The notes beneath the pieces were generated by a model that saw only the letters and a program-made list of their open reading frames with translations, made no database searches and had not been told where the DNA came from. A stretch of 64,000 nucleotides of DNA from Rebecca billardiae RCC1528 (lineage: Eukaryota > Protista > Haptophyta), in NCBI GenBank assembly GCA_965240325.2, contig OZ251229.1:2232001-2296000 (forward strand). Reading direction: 5' to 3'. Shown in pieces: positions 9,971 through 21,752 of this stretch; position 1 is the first letter of the stretch, and each line of letters begins with the position of its first letter. Made by a program: the position numbers and the translations under genes.

Positions 9971-10504
9971 TAGTAGTGTCTAGTGAAGTCTTTAAAAATG
10001 GATGCTAAAGTTGACTTGAGTTCAGCAGCACTGGCCACTGCCTGAAGAGGCCACGAAAAGGTTCCGAGCTCGTCGCGCGTGGGATATTCTAGCGGCGGAA
10101 CCAGGGGTTAGGCCCCAGTAATTGGAAATTGAACTTCGTCGTTTGACGCAACGTGCCGTAGCTTTGGCGCCTTTGGAAGCCAAAGGACACGCCGTCGGCC
10201 ACGGATTGGTACAAAACCTGCCAGAAAGGGCGCAAGCGACGGCGACCGGCCGACGAATCAGGAGACCTCGGTCGTCAAGCCCGTGTCGTAAAATATCCGC
10301 CTCGAATCAGTCTGAACTATGCACGGCAGCGCAGTACGCGCAATAAGCGCTCGGTGATTATCATACCCAGCACCAAACGACAAGAGGAACTTGGAAAGCT
10401 GAGCCGTCAGCCGCCGAAGGCGCGAAAGCGCGCAGGGTCCGCAAAGGTGCCAGTCTTCGTGGTACCCCGGCAGCGTGCCTCTCGCAGCAATCGTCAACAC
10501 GGCG

Positions 10505-13170
10505 ATGGGCTGGCGGTCCGAACCCGTCTCACCGGAGCCCTCGCGCGCGAATCGTACGAGCCGGAGCGATCTCCCCGCTCGGGAGCGTCTCGCCGAGGCC
10601 CGCACGGCGGGGCGCCGACGGCAGTGGCGCATCCAGTGGCCGCCCGCGATCGTCGGCACGCTCCTGTTCTCCACGCGCGTCGTGTTCCCCATCTGGCAGC
10701 TCACGTCGGCCGACGACAGCGACGTGAGCGAGGACGTTGTTTTCGCCGCGCGTGCGTCCACCATCTTCACCGCACCCGCTGTCATCAGCTTGCTTCTTGT
10801 TCTCCTGCCCTCGCAGCCACGCGCCGTCAAGGCGGGCGCGAGCGCGGCTGTCGCCCTTGGTGTGCTCATGGTTGCCGCCGACGTCATCTCCTTCGCCAAC
10901 GCGCTCCGCGTGCTGTGCGACGAGCCGAGAGATTGTCTATACACCTACATTTGCGCCATCGCGAGCGCGACCTTTGCCATCTTCGGCTGCATCAGCGTCT
11001 TCACCTTTGTCGTCGTCGTGACTGCGCGTGCGCCGCTCAGCACGCGCGCGCTGCTCGATCAGCTGTGGCGCGCGGTCGGGCTGCTCATGCTCGCGCTCGC
11101 CGCGGCGAACGCGCTTGAGCTGTGCGTGCTGATCGTACTGCCACCAGCACTCGGCATCAACGTCCACCTCGCCTCACCGCGCGTCTTGGCCACGCACGGC
11201 GCCGGCATCGTGGTCGAGGTGCTCGCAGGCGCCGCCGCCCGCTGGAAGGGCTTTCCAGCGCATGTGCACTCGTGGCTGCTCTCGCGCGGACGGGCACTCG
11301 GCTCGGCGAGCGCGATGGCGGCGCTGATGGACGGCCGCACGCCCGAGCAGCTCCTCTTCGAGGCGAAGTCGCGGCTGCGCTACGTCACCATCGACCAGCT
11401 CTCACCGGGCGTGTTTGCGCGCCAGTGGCCGAGCGGAGACTTCACAGACCGGCCGGCTCTGAGCTGCGCTGAGGACGGGCTGAGCTCGCTCGAGCACGGG
11501 GCGAGCGCCGGGCAGGATGCGGGGCTCGCGAGGCCCGCCCGATTCGGGGAGATCGATGCGGTGCGCGCCGCGCTGGCGAGCGCACGCGGCTCGCCGGCTC
11601 CTCTCCCCCCCCTGCGCTCCCTCAGCCCACCCTGCGCGCGCGCGCGGGCGTGTGGCCTCGGCTGCGCGCGCCGCGCGCACGGCCTCACCGCGCTGCCCCA
11701 TCCCACACGCCGTCCAATGCGCGGCCCGCAGTTTGTCTCGCACTCGTGGTCAGACGACCCCGATCTCAAGTGCGCGCCGCGCCAGCGTTGATGCGGCGCG
11801 CGTGGCATGGCCTTGGCCAATGTGCGCGTGGCGCGCCCTTTCTCACACTCCACGCACCGCGCCACCCGCGCCGCGCGACGCGCCGCGCCGCCCGCGCGCG
11901 CGCGCGCGCAGATTCGCCGCCCTGGCGCACTGGTGCGCCACCTTCCGCACGAAGCACGGTGGGAGGCAAGCGAAGCTGTGGATCGACCGGTGCGCGCGGC
12001 GCGCGCTGCTCGCCCAGCGCGCGCGCCGAGCGAGTGCCCATGCCACGTCCGACGAAATGCCTGATGATGATGCACTACACTGTATCGCACTCGCCTCCGC
12101 GCGCGTGGCCGCTCGCCCGACCCGTGCGCTCCACCCGACCCACCCGCCGCGGCGCTGCGCCCGTCGCGACACGCTGGGGGTCGCGACCATGCAGCCTGTG
12201 CGTGGACCAGGCGGACCTTGGCTCCGATCTGCGCTGCCTGCCGGTCTTCCTCGCCGCGTGCAACACCGCGCTCTGCCTGTGCGGCCCGACCTACTTCACC
12301 CGCTTGTGGTGCGTGATGGAGCTGTTCATCTTTGTAACGATGGGCGGCTCGCCGACGCACATCCAGCTGCTGCCGCTCACCTGCAAGGTGGCCGGGGTGC
12401 CGCCGCCGTCGATTGCGGAGGCAAGCGCCGAGCTGCGCCGGCAGATCGACGCGTTCGACGCCGCCGAGGCGCGCTGCTCGCACGCGGAGGACCGCAAGCG
12501 GCTGATGCTCGTCCTCGAGGCGGCGCCCGGCTCAGTCGACGGCTTCAACGAGGAGGCGCGCGAGCTCATGCGCGTCTCGCTCTCCAACTCCGCGCGGCGG
12601 CACAGCGGCGAGCAGACGCCGCTCACGAGCTTGACGCCGAGCCGGCGGGTCTCGACCAACTCCAGCAGCCGGAGGAGCCGGCGCTCGTCGCGCTCGAGCG
12701 TGGTCTCAGCAGCGTCCGATGCAGACGAGGGGCTCGGAGGCAGCGTGAGCGCAAGCTTTGCCGCCGGCGGCTCGGGCTCGCGCGGCGCGGCGCACGACTC
12801 GATGGCGAGCGCGTCGACACCGACGGCCTCGGGGCAGCCGACGCCCCGCCGCGCCAGCAGCACCAGGCGTCCAGCACACGTGCTGCTCAGTCCCGACTCG
12901 CCCCGAGGCCCCACCGGCTCGCAGGCCCCGAGCGTGCGAGCAGGCCACGTTGTGCGCGGAATCTCTCCGCCAGAGGCGGCGACAGCGGCGGTGATCATGC
13001 CGGCGGGCCCAGCGCAGGGCCCATCGAGCCCAGCACCGAGCCCGCGAATGCTGGCACCCTCGCCGCCTTTATCGCCGCTGCTCGTGACGTCGATGTCGCC
13101 GCAGGCGTCGAACGAGTCGGCGGTGGGCGTGCCACCGATGCGGATGCTGCCCCCTGCCTTGTACGTCTGA
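10505..13170 (+). CDS. Multi-pass membrane protein with C-terminal TIR/HET-like domain (spliced, 3 introns)
   Basis: Several hydrophobic segments. Spliced motifs: EIDA|FVSHSWSDD, LWIDR|LCVDQ, LPVFLAACN, TYFTRLWCVMELF. Introns have GTGCGC..CAG ends (first intron ~11561-11731). Confidence 0.75.
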
Positions 13171-13355
13171 CGCACTCTGACTGTGCCGCAGGCGGAGCCG
13201 GGCCCGGGGTTGCGGGCCAGTCTGTGCGCCGGCGGCCGGCAATGGTATCATCATGATCACTCATATCAGAATCGTCACGACTCTCGTCTGATATTACAGC
13301 CCCCGGGGACTCGGCGCATCACTATATTATACTCGCGGTCTCAGTCGATAGACGA

Positions 13356-13358
<3 letters not shown>

Positions 13359-13425
<67 letters not shown>
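13359..13425. repeat. (TA)n microsatellite
   Basis: Directly visible. Confidence 0.98.
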
Positions 13426-13428
<3 letters not shown>

Positions 13429-15399
13429 TAAACTTTCTTCAGGAATGCGCACCAGAAAAAGCCTTAAGAATCCGCGCGGCCCAAGATGGGGTCGGCGGCC
13501 ACGACGGCGGTTATGCGCCCTCGCGCGCCTTCGAGCGGCTCGTGCGCGCCATGAAGTGCGCCAAACCATGCTCGCGACATGCTCGTTCGTCGACGCTGTT
13601 CGTTGGACGATCGCATGCCAGCCCACGCCGACGTCTGAGTGCGCCTCGCCGCGCACGGTACAGCTTTACGGTACACGGCACGATTCGGCCGCGAGCAGCC
13701 TCGTGCGCGCGACCGAGCCAGAGGTGGTCGCCGAGAGTAGCACGAGTGGCGGCACACGCGCGGGCCTGATCGTTGCCGAATATCTGACGCACCAATCGAC
13801 CTCGCCCAGCGCCATCTGCTCGTTTGCGCACGTGTCGGAAAGAATGAGCAGCTGCCTGCAAACGCCGAGCGCGCAGATGAGGCGTGGGCGAGCGAAGGGG
13901 CGGCGAGGGCCGGCGCGTGCGCGCGCGTAAATTCGAGCCTCCCCATACGCATCGAAACACACCGCGCTCGCTCGTCGAGCTGCGCACGGGTATCGGTGTG
14001 CGCGCGCCAACGCGGCGCGCCGTGCACGCGCCCGGCGAATGCACACCTGCTCGCGCGCGCACGCGCACGTGATGGACCGAGGAGGTCGCGCGAGCATGCG
14101 CGATGTGTCTGGATGGAGCACGTAGGAGGTGTAGGCTGCGCTCCGCGCGCGCTCCGCCACCGTGCACCGCGCTGTCCCTCGCCCGCGCGGTCGCTGCCGA
14201 GCCCGGATTCAAACGTGTGCGAGCCCGCAAGCGCACCTCCGAGCAGCAGTCGCAGCTATCGTGTCGAAGGCTTGGCGAGAGGCAGATGTGCATGGCAAGT
14301 CGCGCAATGGGGTTGCCCATCACGCGCACACACTCGCGCACGCTCGCCGCACCACCTCGTCGCGCCCACGTGCAGCGCGCGGGGCGCGCTTCGCGCCCGG
14401 AGCAGCTGCCGAGCGGCTGCTGCGCGCGGCGCGCGCGGCGAGTAGGGCTCAGCCAATGGTCCGAGGACGAGCCTGCCGAGCGTCGTGCGTGGCGCGCGCG
14501 GACCTAGTACAACGCCGCGTACCACTCGCTGCCACCATAGGGCCCGTACCGGCGAGCTGTGGCCGCCGCAGACACCAAAAAGCAGCCCAACGGTCAGCGC
14601 GCGACAGCCGACGAGCGCGTGACGCGCGCGTCCACCACCGTGATGAGCACGGACGAGCGCGCGCGCCCGTGTCGTAGCTCAGATGGGGTCCCCCGATCGC
14701 ACGCACCACCGCGCTGCCACGCCTTCGACCATCTTGTGTCACCACGCGGGCACACGCCGGGCAGGCGGCGGGGCAGCCCGCTCGGCAAACGGTCAGCGCG
14801 CAGCGAGGATGGAGTCCGGCGAGGGGCGACCGGAGTGTCCGGCGCGACGGAGGTGGTCCACGCCGTGGTCGCCGACGCGTTCCTCACCACCTCCGAGGCC
14901 GTGGTGGCCGCCCGGGAGAAGGAATGCTCCCAGTCGCACCCTTTGCAGTGCTCCTTTGCGCGTGCACGCAACGGCGAGGAGCGGAAGCGTTAGAGGGAAC
15001 TTCCTGTGCAGTTCAGGCGTTCTTTCCCCAAAATGTAGAATGCGCGGAGAAGTTCCCTCTAACGATTTTTGTGTGCAGCCGTGCCGCGCGCGCGAGGAAG
15101 GCCACATGCGGCTCCTTGCACATCTGCTGCAGATCGGCTCGTGCTCGGCGAGCGCGGCGAGGAGGAAGGTGCGCGCTCGCGAGCTGGCGCACCTGGGAGT
15201 GCTCTCGGCCTCTGATCAGGAAGAGCGGGTCGATCTGCCCGCAGCTCGTCGCACGATCGCGAGAGCGCACGTGCGGTCGACGAGGAAGAAGGCCCGCATC
15301 GTGGCGTTTCCGCCAGTGGCGGGCCGGCTCGAGATTTGACGGCGAAACTCCAGCGGATTCTTAAGGCTTTTTCTGGTGCGCATTCCTGAAGAAAGTTTA

Positions 15400-15402
<3 letters not shown>
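13426..15402. mobile_element. Non-autonomous TIR DNA transposon inserted in (TA)n
   Basis: Perfect 50-bp TIRs at 13426-13475 and 15353-15402 (GATTAAACTTTCTTCAGGAATGCGCACC...), with (TA)n on both sides. No transposase recognised. Confidence 0.9.
14988..15064. repeat. Small inverted-repeat element (16-bp perfect IR), possible micro-MITE
   Basis: CGTTAGAGGGAACTTC ... GAAGTTCCCTCTAACG. Confidence 0.7.

Positions 15403-15480
<78 letters not shown>
15403..15480. repeat. (TA)n microsatellite
   Basis: Directly visible. Confidence 0.98.
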
Positions 15481-15482
<2 letters not shown>

Positions 15483-15631
15483 TCCGCTCGGCGATGGAGT
15501 GATGGGCGACTCTACGAGGGGGGGGGGACGACGGCGAGGAGCGCTGATCCTGGTGTTTGTCTCTGCTGCTCGATCTGCCGCTACAGCTTGCTGACTCTGA
15601 CGCCTGCCCGTTTAGCATACCACGTCGTTAA
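15481..15631 (+). mobile_element. Short interspersed repeat ending ...GCATACCACGTCGTT|AATATA (family X)
   Basis: Terminus and internal blocks are shared with the copies at 30642-30842, 30854-30920, 31054-31263 and ~45405-45455. Confidence 0.7.
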
Positions 15632-15736
15632 TATATACAGCACACACGCACACCGACATGTCGACATGACACACACGCACACTCACCGCCACACACACGA
15701 CACACACTCACACACACGACACATATATATATACAT

Positions 15737-15767
<31 letters not shown>

Positions 15768-15768
<1 letters not shown>

Positions 15769-16422
15769 CACTTACATAAGCCGCGTATAGCATTGAGTGG
15801 CGTACTTGCTCTCGGTCGCCGCTCGGCAGCTGCCAGCTGGCCCTCGGACCACCGCCGCCACGGTATGATAGGCGGGTATGTGGCCGCGAAGTTCGCCGGA
15901 AGTGCCGAGGGTCGTGTGCTGCCGTTGTCAGATGGCGGATGATCTCGGATTGCTCCGCGCCATGGAGAGCCAGGTCTTCGGCCAGTCCACGAGGCACGCC
16001 GCACCTGCTAGATTTGCGCAAACACTGATCCTCTGAGCTCAGCTGCATGCGCGGCCGCCGTGCCTCGCCTCAATCTGCATGCCGTAGCTGAGCGTGAGAT
16101 CGACCTTGTCGCCCTGCGGGTAGTACTTTGCGTGGTGGAGCTCGAGGCCAGTGTTGGGCTCGATGAAATCGATGTCCGACGCCTCCCAGTACTCGGAGTC
16201 GAAGGGCCAAAAGCCCGAGCTGTTTTCGTGCGTGAGATCAATATGCACCGGAAGCAGCTCGGGCGCGACGATCGATTCGTTGGTGTCACCGCTCACGATG
16301 CGCGTCACGGCCAAGCTCGCGTTGTGCCCCTCGCACGACAGCGCTCGCAGGCAGAAGTCGATGCCGGCATCCGTCACGAACGATCTGCGATCGCCCCGCG
16401 CCGGCAGCATTTCGCACGACAT
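15768..16422 (-). CDS. Hypothetical protein, probably two exons (possible GC-AG intron near 16005-16063)
   Basis: Protein-like ORF at 16039-16422 with host codon style, plausibly continuing in 15768-16004. Confidence 0.45.
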
Positions 16423-16693
16423 CGCGTGGCCGCCACCTAGCTAGCGGAAGAGCCGCCGGTTTTACCGACCGCGCGCCCGGGCGATGACGACAGAAATCCC
16501 TAGAAAGAAATGCATGCCGCATATGTCGCCCAGGTCGCGGCAGCTCTTGACTAAATCCTACGGTATCACTAAAATGATCCAGTTGTGCGCCCGAAAAACC
16601 CGCAGTAGAGAAATCAGGCGGAATACATTATTGCTGACGCGATCATATTCAAATAATAAAATCGGTCTCAGCCGGTCGGTTTGCGGTTTCAGC

Positions 16694-17662
16694 ATGCCGC
16701 CGCCTCGCTCGTCGAAGAGCGCCGTGCTGCTGCAGCAGGCGAATGCGGGTGTGGGCGGGGAGTACGCGTACCCCACGCGGAGCGTCCCTCGGAATGGCTC
16801 AACGAGCCGACTACGAGAGATGGTCGCCAGCTCGCGCGTGGAGCTCTCCGACGAGATCGACGACGAGCAGAAAAACATGGCATACCTCGCGCGCACGGCG
16901 ACCGAAAACATCCTGGCGCTGGAGAAGGTGGTGAACGAGCAGGAGATGCAGCTGGAGGAGCGCAAGAAGGAGATCGCGACGCTTCAGCGCAACTACGAGA
17001 CGCTCTCGCGCATCAGGCAAGGCGACAGCAAGGAGCTCGCCATGCTGCGCGCGCAGCGGCAGCAGGAGGGCGACGAGATGGCGCGGCTGCGCGAGCTGCT
17101 CGGCCAGGAGCGGGCGGAGAAAACGGCACTCGAGGCTAAGCTCGCCGAGAGCGAGGCGGCGATGGCGCAGGTCACCGAGCTCAGACTGCAGGTCGGGGCC
17201 GCCGAGCGCAAGGCTGCGCAGGCGAGCGCAGCCGCGGACGCGGCGCACATCCAGGCGGCAGACCTGAAGGAGTCGAACAAGGGCCTGCGCCTGACCGCCG
17301 AGCGGCTGGCGCGCGTGCACGCGGAGCAGGCGGACAAGCTGCGGCAAACAACCGAGCAGCGCGCGAAGGCAGAGCGTGAGCACGAGGCGCTGCAGCAGGA
17401 GCTGGGCGCGGCGCACAATAAGCTCGCGCAGCAGGAGAAGCAGCTACGCACCTTCCTCGACTTCAACGCGACAATGGAGCACGACCTCCGGCAGGCGCTC
17501 GCAAAGGTCGCCGACCTGGAAAAGCAGTGCCGCGAGCTCGAGTTCGAGAAGCAGACCGTCGAGGCGTACTACACGGCGAAGCACCAGGAGATGCAGGCGC
17601 AGTTCCAGGCGCTGCTACACAGCTCGACGGGCGGGCTCGTCGGGGATACCAGCAACGGATGA
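16694..17662 (+). CDS. Coiled-coil protein
   Basis: E/K/Q/L-rich heptad pattern and strong GC3 codon bias. Confidence 0.8.
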   Translation: MPPPRSSKSAVLLQQANAGVGGEYAYPTRSVPRNGSTSRLREMVASSRVELSDEIDDEQKNMAYLARTATENILALEKVVNEQEMQLEERKKEIATLQRNYETLSRIRQGDSKELAMLRAQRQQEGDEMARLRELLGQERAEKTALEAKLAESEAAMAQVTELRLQVGAAERKAAQASAAADAAHIQAADLKESNKGLRLTAERLARVHAEQADKLRQTTEQRAKAEREHEALQQELGAAHNKLAQQEKQLRTFLDFNATMEHDLRQALAKVADLEKQCRELEFEKQTVEAYYTAKHQEMQAQFQALLHSSTGGLVGDTSNG

Positions 17663-17778
17663 CGATCGGACAGAGGACGAGGTGCCGCAGCGACGGCCAG
17701 TCAATAGTCATCACAACTGTGATCATGCCGGCATAAATCATGATGCGCCACTGACGATGCGACATCATATCATCATAT

Positions 17779-17781
<3 letters not shown>

Positions 17782-17815
<34 letters not shown>
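17782..17815. repeat. (TA)n microsatellite
   Basis: Directly visible. Confidence 0.95.
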
Positions 17816-17818
<3 letters not shown>

Positions 17819-18089
17819 GTTACATTTTTATATTGAGGATCGGACTGGCGGCATATAGTAGTTCGATAGTCCGCACCGGTGCATGGGGGCTCTGTACTGG
17901 CGGACTGTAGCCAGACCGTCGGCAGACTCCGACTAGACTCATCGAACCGAGCGGTCATGTCCGGACACTGCCGCTGTCACTGGGTCTGGGAGACTGGGAC
18001 CGTCGCGCGTTGGTCAGGACTCCCGACCCCGAGTGTCATCAAGCGGCTGCCCCGGACTGCAAATCATCCTGACCTCCTCCTCCTCAGAC

Positions 18090-19464
18090 TCAGAGCAGCG
18101 AGAGCTGGATTTCGCCCGGGCCCGAGTAGTCGCGCCGCGGGTGGAAGTCCTTCACGGCGTCCTCCGCGTTCTCGGCGCGGGCAAAGACAATCATCCCCGT
18201 GCCTGCGCGGCGCACGGGCGGCGGAGGGCGCCAGAGCGCGTCCGGCGCCGATTGCTCTCCGCTCAGCGCGCGCGAGGGAGAGAGTGGCGTGGGGGCGGCG
18301 CCGCCGCGGCGCGCTGCGTGCGCGCCGCGCGCCGCACCTGGTCCGTCCAGGCCTGCATGCACGACCTCGCCGTATCGGCTCTGCAGCCGCTCGACCAGCT
18401 CGCGGGGGATGTCGTGGGCGTTTCGCTCGAGCCCAGTGACACGCACGCGGCCGGGGCGGTCGCGGCCGCCCGCGCCTGCGCCGGGCCCGCCCATCATGGC
18501 CGGGTTCATCCAGCCGCCCATGCCTGGCCCCATGCCCATGCCCATGCCCGCGGGCCCCATCGGCCCGCCCATGCCCATGTGACCCATGCCCATGTGACCC
18601 ATGTTCCGCATCATCATGGCTGCCGCCATCTGCTGCTGCGGGCCGGCAGGCCCCCCCCACCGCCCGGGCATGGGCCCGCCAAAGCCGCCGCCCCAGCCCC
18701 CAAAGCCTGCCCCGCCGAACCCCGGCCCGTCGCGGCCGCCCCAGCCGCCGCCGCCGCCGCCGAAGCCGCCGCCGCCGCCGCCGCGCCCGGCGCCTCTCTG
18801 CGCGCGCGCACGCGTGACGCGGGTGCGGGCGGGGGCGGTGCCGCGTGCCGAGTGCCGCGCTGATGAGCGCCGCGCGCCGCGCCGTGGGCGAGAGACGGGT
18901 CGTCATCGGTCGCACCGCGCACCGCGGCGCGCTCACCCGCTCGTCCCGAAACGCATGTTCCTCGATAATGTCCTTCGCGCGCGCGCAGCCGTGTGCGCTT
19001 CCACTGAGCGTGATGCGGCTGGGCACGCGGGGCCAGCGGGCGGCGCGGCGCAGGCACGCGCGAGACGCGCGCGCGCGGAGGCGGGCGGCGGGGCGTGAGC
19101 GCGCAAGGCGGCGCTAGCAGCGTGCGTGTGCGTCGGCGCAGACTCCGCAACGTGCCCGCGCAGCAGCGGCGCGCGATGCGCGCGCGTCTGTGCTCGCGCA
19201 CAGCAGGCCAGCCCTCCGCTCGTCTCGCGCGGCGCCCGACCGCCCTCCCGGCGTGCGGTTGGGCGGCGCGCGAGTCGAGCGCGGCCATCGAGCGCCCACG
19301 GCGGCGCGCGCGTACCGACGCTCGTCCGGCCCGTGCAGTCTCTCGTCTTTGTTCACCTTGACGCGCACCGCACAGTCGCGCTCGATGCCGGCGACCGTCG
19401 CGCCCTTGTTCCCGATCACGTGCTTGACCAGCCGGTCCGGGATGTAAATGTCCATTGTCGTCTG

Positions 19465-19496
<32 letters not shown>

Positions 19497-19520
19497 TGCC
19501 GCCGCCACCGCTGGTGCGGC

Positions 19521-19556
<36 letters not shown>

Positions 19557-20137
19557 TGCCGCCGCCGCCGCCACTGCCGCCGCTGCCGCCCGGTCCCCAC
19601 GCCGTGCGCCACTCGTCGAGCTTCTCGAGCAGCATGCGCCGCGCGCGCTCGCACCCCTCGGGCACGCCCGACACCGCCACGCCGGGCGGCGAGTGGTCGC
19701 GCATCACTCGGATGCGCACGTGGCACTCGTGCTCGACGACAGATATGGACGCGCCCGCGCGGCCAATGATGAACCCGAGCGCTTCGCGAGGAATCTCGAC
19801 AAATCTGTCGGAGTCGTTGTCGAGGCCGACGGCGGCGGCGCCCGGCTCCGCGCCGTCGGTCGCCTGCCACTCCTCGATCTTCGCGTACACCAGCTGCCGC
19901 GCGCGCTCGCAGTCCGCCGGGTCGCCGTTGATGACGACGCGCGGAGGGTGCTCCCTGTGCACGCGGATGCGCACACCCGCCTCGCGCTCAATCGAGTTGA
20001 CCACTGTGCCCTGCCGGCCGATGATGAAGCCGAGAGCCTCGGGCGGCTGCACGGGGAAGCTGAACGGCTCGTCGGCCGAGCCCGCGCCGCTCGCGCCGGA
20101 GTCGCGCTCTGCGCCGCCCTCGCTGCCGCCGCCGCGC

Positions 20138-20186
<49 letters not shown>

Positions 20187-20935
20187 CGGAGTCGCGCCGT
20201 TCTGAGCCGAAGCGATCGCGCCGGCTGCCGCCATCGCTGCCACCGTCGTCGTCGTCATCGTCGTCGGCGGCGGCGCGGCGCTCGCGCCGGCGCTCGTCGC
20301 GATCGCGCTGATCGCCGTCACCGTCATGCTCGCGCCCTCGCCCGCGCTCGCCGTCTCGCTCAGCGTCGCGATCGCGCCCGCCGTCACGCCCGCCGCCGCC
20401 GCCGCCGCCACCGCCGCCGGCTCCAAAAGTCTCGTTGAAGTCCTGCACGCGCTTGTTGATCAGCTCCTTGGCGCGCTCGATCTGGTCGCGCCGGCCGGTG
20501 AGCACGACGACGCGCATCAGCTGCCCGTCCACCATCTCGTCCGCGCCGCCCGCGATGTTGATCCGACAGCCGGAGTCGCTCTGCAAGATGTCGACCGCTG
20601 AGCCGCGCGCGCCAATCAGGAACCCGGTGGACGGGGTGGGCACGTGAATCGTCTCGTTGATCGGGCCGGCGCTGGGCTTGTCCACCGACGACTTGCCCTC
20701 GGTGCGCCACTGCTCCACACACTCGAACACCATCCTGCGCGCCGCCGCCACCGCCTGCTCCGAGCCGCTCAGCGACACGAGCCGCTCGCCAGGCGGGTCC
20801 TCATCGCGAGCGATGTTGATGCGGGCGCCCGAGTCTGCCTGCATCTCCTTGATGCGCGCGCCGCGGTTGCCCATGATGATGCCGACGGCGTCGGCGGGCA
20901 CGTGGAAGCTCACCTTGCCGCCGCCGCCGCTGCCG

Positions 20936-20966
<31 letters not shown>

Positions 20967-21537
20967 CGCAGCTGCCACAGCCGCCGCCGCCGCCGCCGCC
21001 GCCGCAGGCGCCCATGCCGCCGCCGCCGCCGCCGCCCGAGACGAGCTGCTGCGCGAGGAGCATCTGCGCCTGCTGGTACTGCATGAGCTGCTGCACCTTG
21101 AAGGTGCGGTACTGCTCGGCCATCGCCTCGACGGGCGGCAGCGACTGGCCCTGCGCCCTGAACCCGGTCTCGATGTGCTGCCGAAACTGCTGGAACTCTG
21201 GAGCCATTTGAAGCTGCGCGACCGGTAAGCTCTGCAGCTGCTGGATGGCGGCGGCGCTCTGCGCGGCCGAGGCGGTGCACGCGGCGGCACAGGCGGCGCG
21301 CTCTGCGTCGCTCGCCCCCGAGCCGCCCGTCCTGCGCTGCACGTCCCCCATCGCGCGCGTGAGCGTTGCCTGTAGCTCGCCACCGGCCGCGCCGCCGCCG
21401 CTCGCCGTCGCGCGCGCGATCACAGAGGCGAGCGGCGCCTGCTGCTGATCTGTCGCCGACTGCGCGGCCAGCGCCTGCTCTGGGCGGAGGGCATCGCCGC
21501 CCTCGCCCTTGTGACGCTTCGACGCCGGCCCGTCCAT
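18090..21537 (-). CDS. RNA-binding protein with 5 KH domains plus C-terminal RRM (FUBP-like), spliced
   Basis: Five GxxG KH loops (IMGNRG, LIGARG, IIGRQG, IIGRAG, VIGNKG) joined by Gly-rich linkers. RRM: RVRVTGL...GTGMIVF. Three introns. Confidence 0.88.
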
Positions 21538-21752
21538 GCCTCGCGCTCGCGGTTCGGCCCGAGCGCCGAGTTGGATACGACACGCGCGCTCCTGCTTGCG
21601 CTTGCCGCGTCTCTCCCGCCCGCTGTCGTCGGCAGGCCGTGCAACCGCACAGGCGCTGGCGGAGCAGCTCTGCCTCCGCCTGGCGGACTGGCCTGGCCGC
21701 CTGTGCATCGTCAAGGACCGGGCGAGCCCGCCTGCCCCGCGCGCCGCTACGG

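Larger units (their letters stand above)
402..10184 (-). mobile_element. Full-length non-LTR retrotransposon (APE-type, two ORFs)
   Basis: Contains ORF1 and ORF2 (APE-RT-RNaseH). The 3' end is fixed at 402 by the homology breakpoint with the copy at 60576. The 5' end is tentative, placed by a candidate TSD GGACA (397-401 / 10185-10189). Confidence 0.9.

Noticed and set aside
10042-10058. Hammerhead ribozyme core (CTGAAGA..GAAA)
   Set aside because: It is antisense to the element, stem II would be only 1 bp, and no convincing stems I/III are present.
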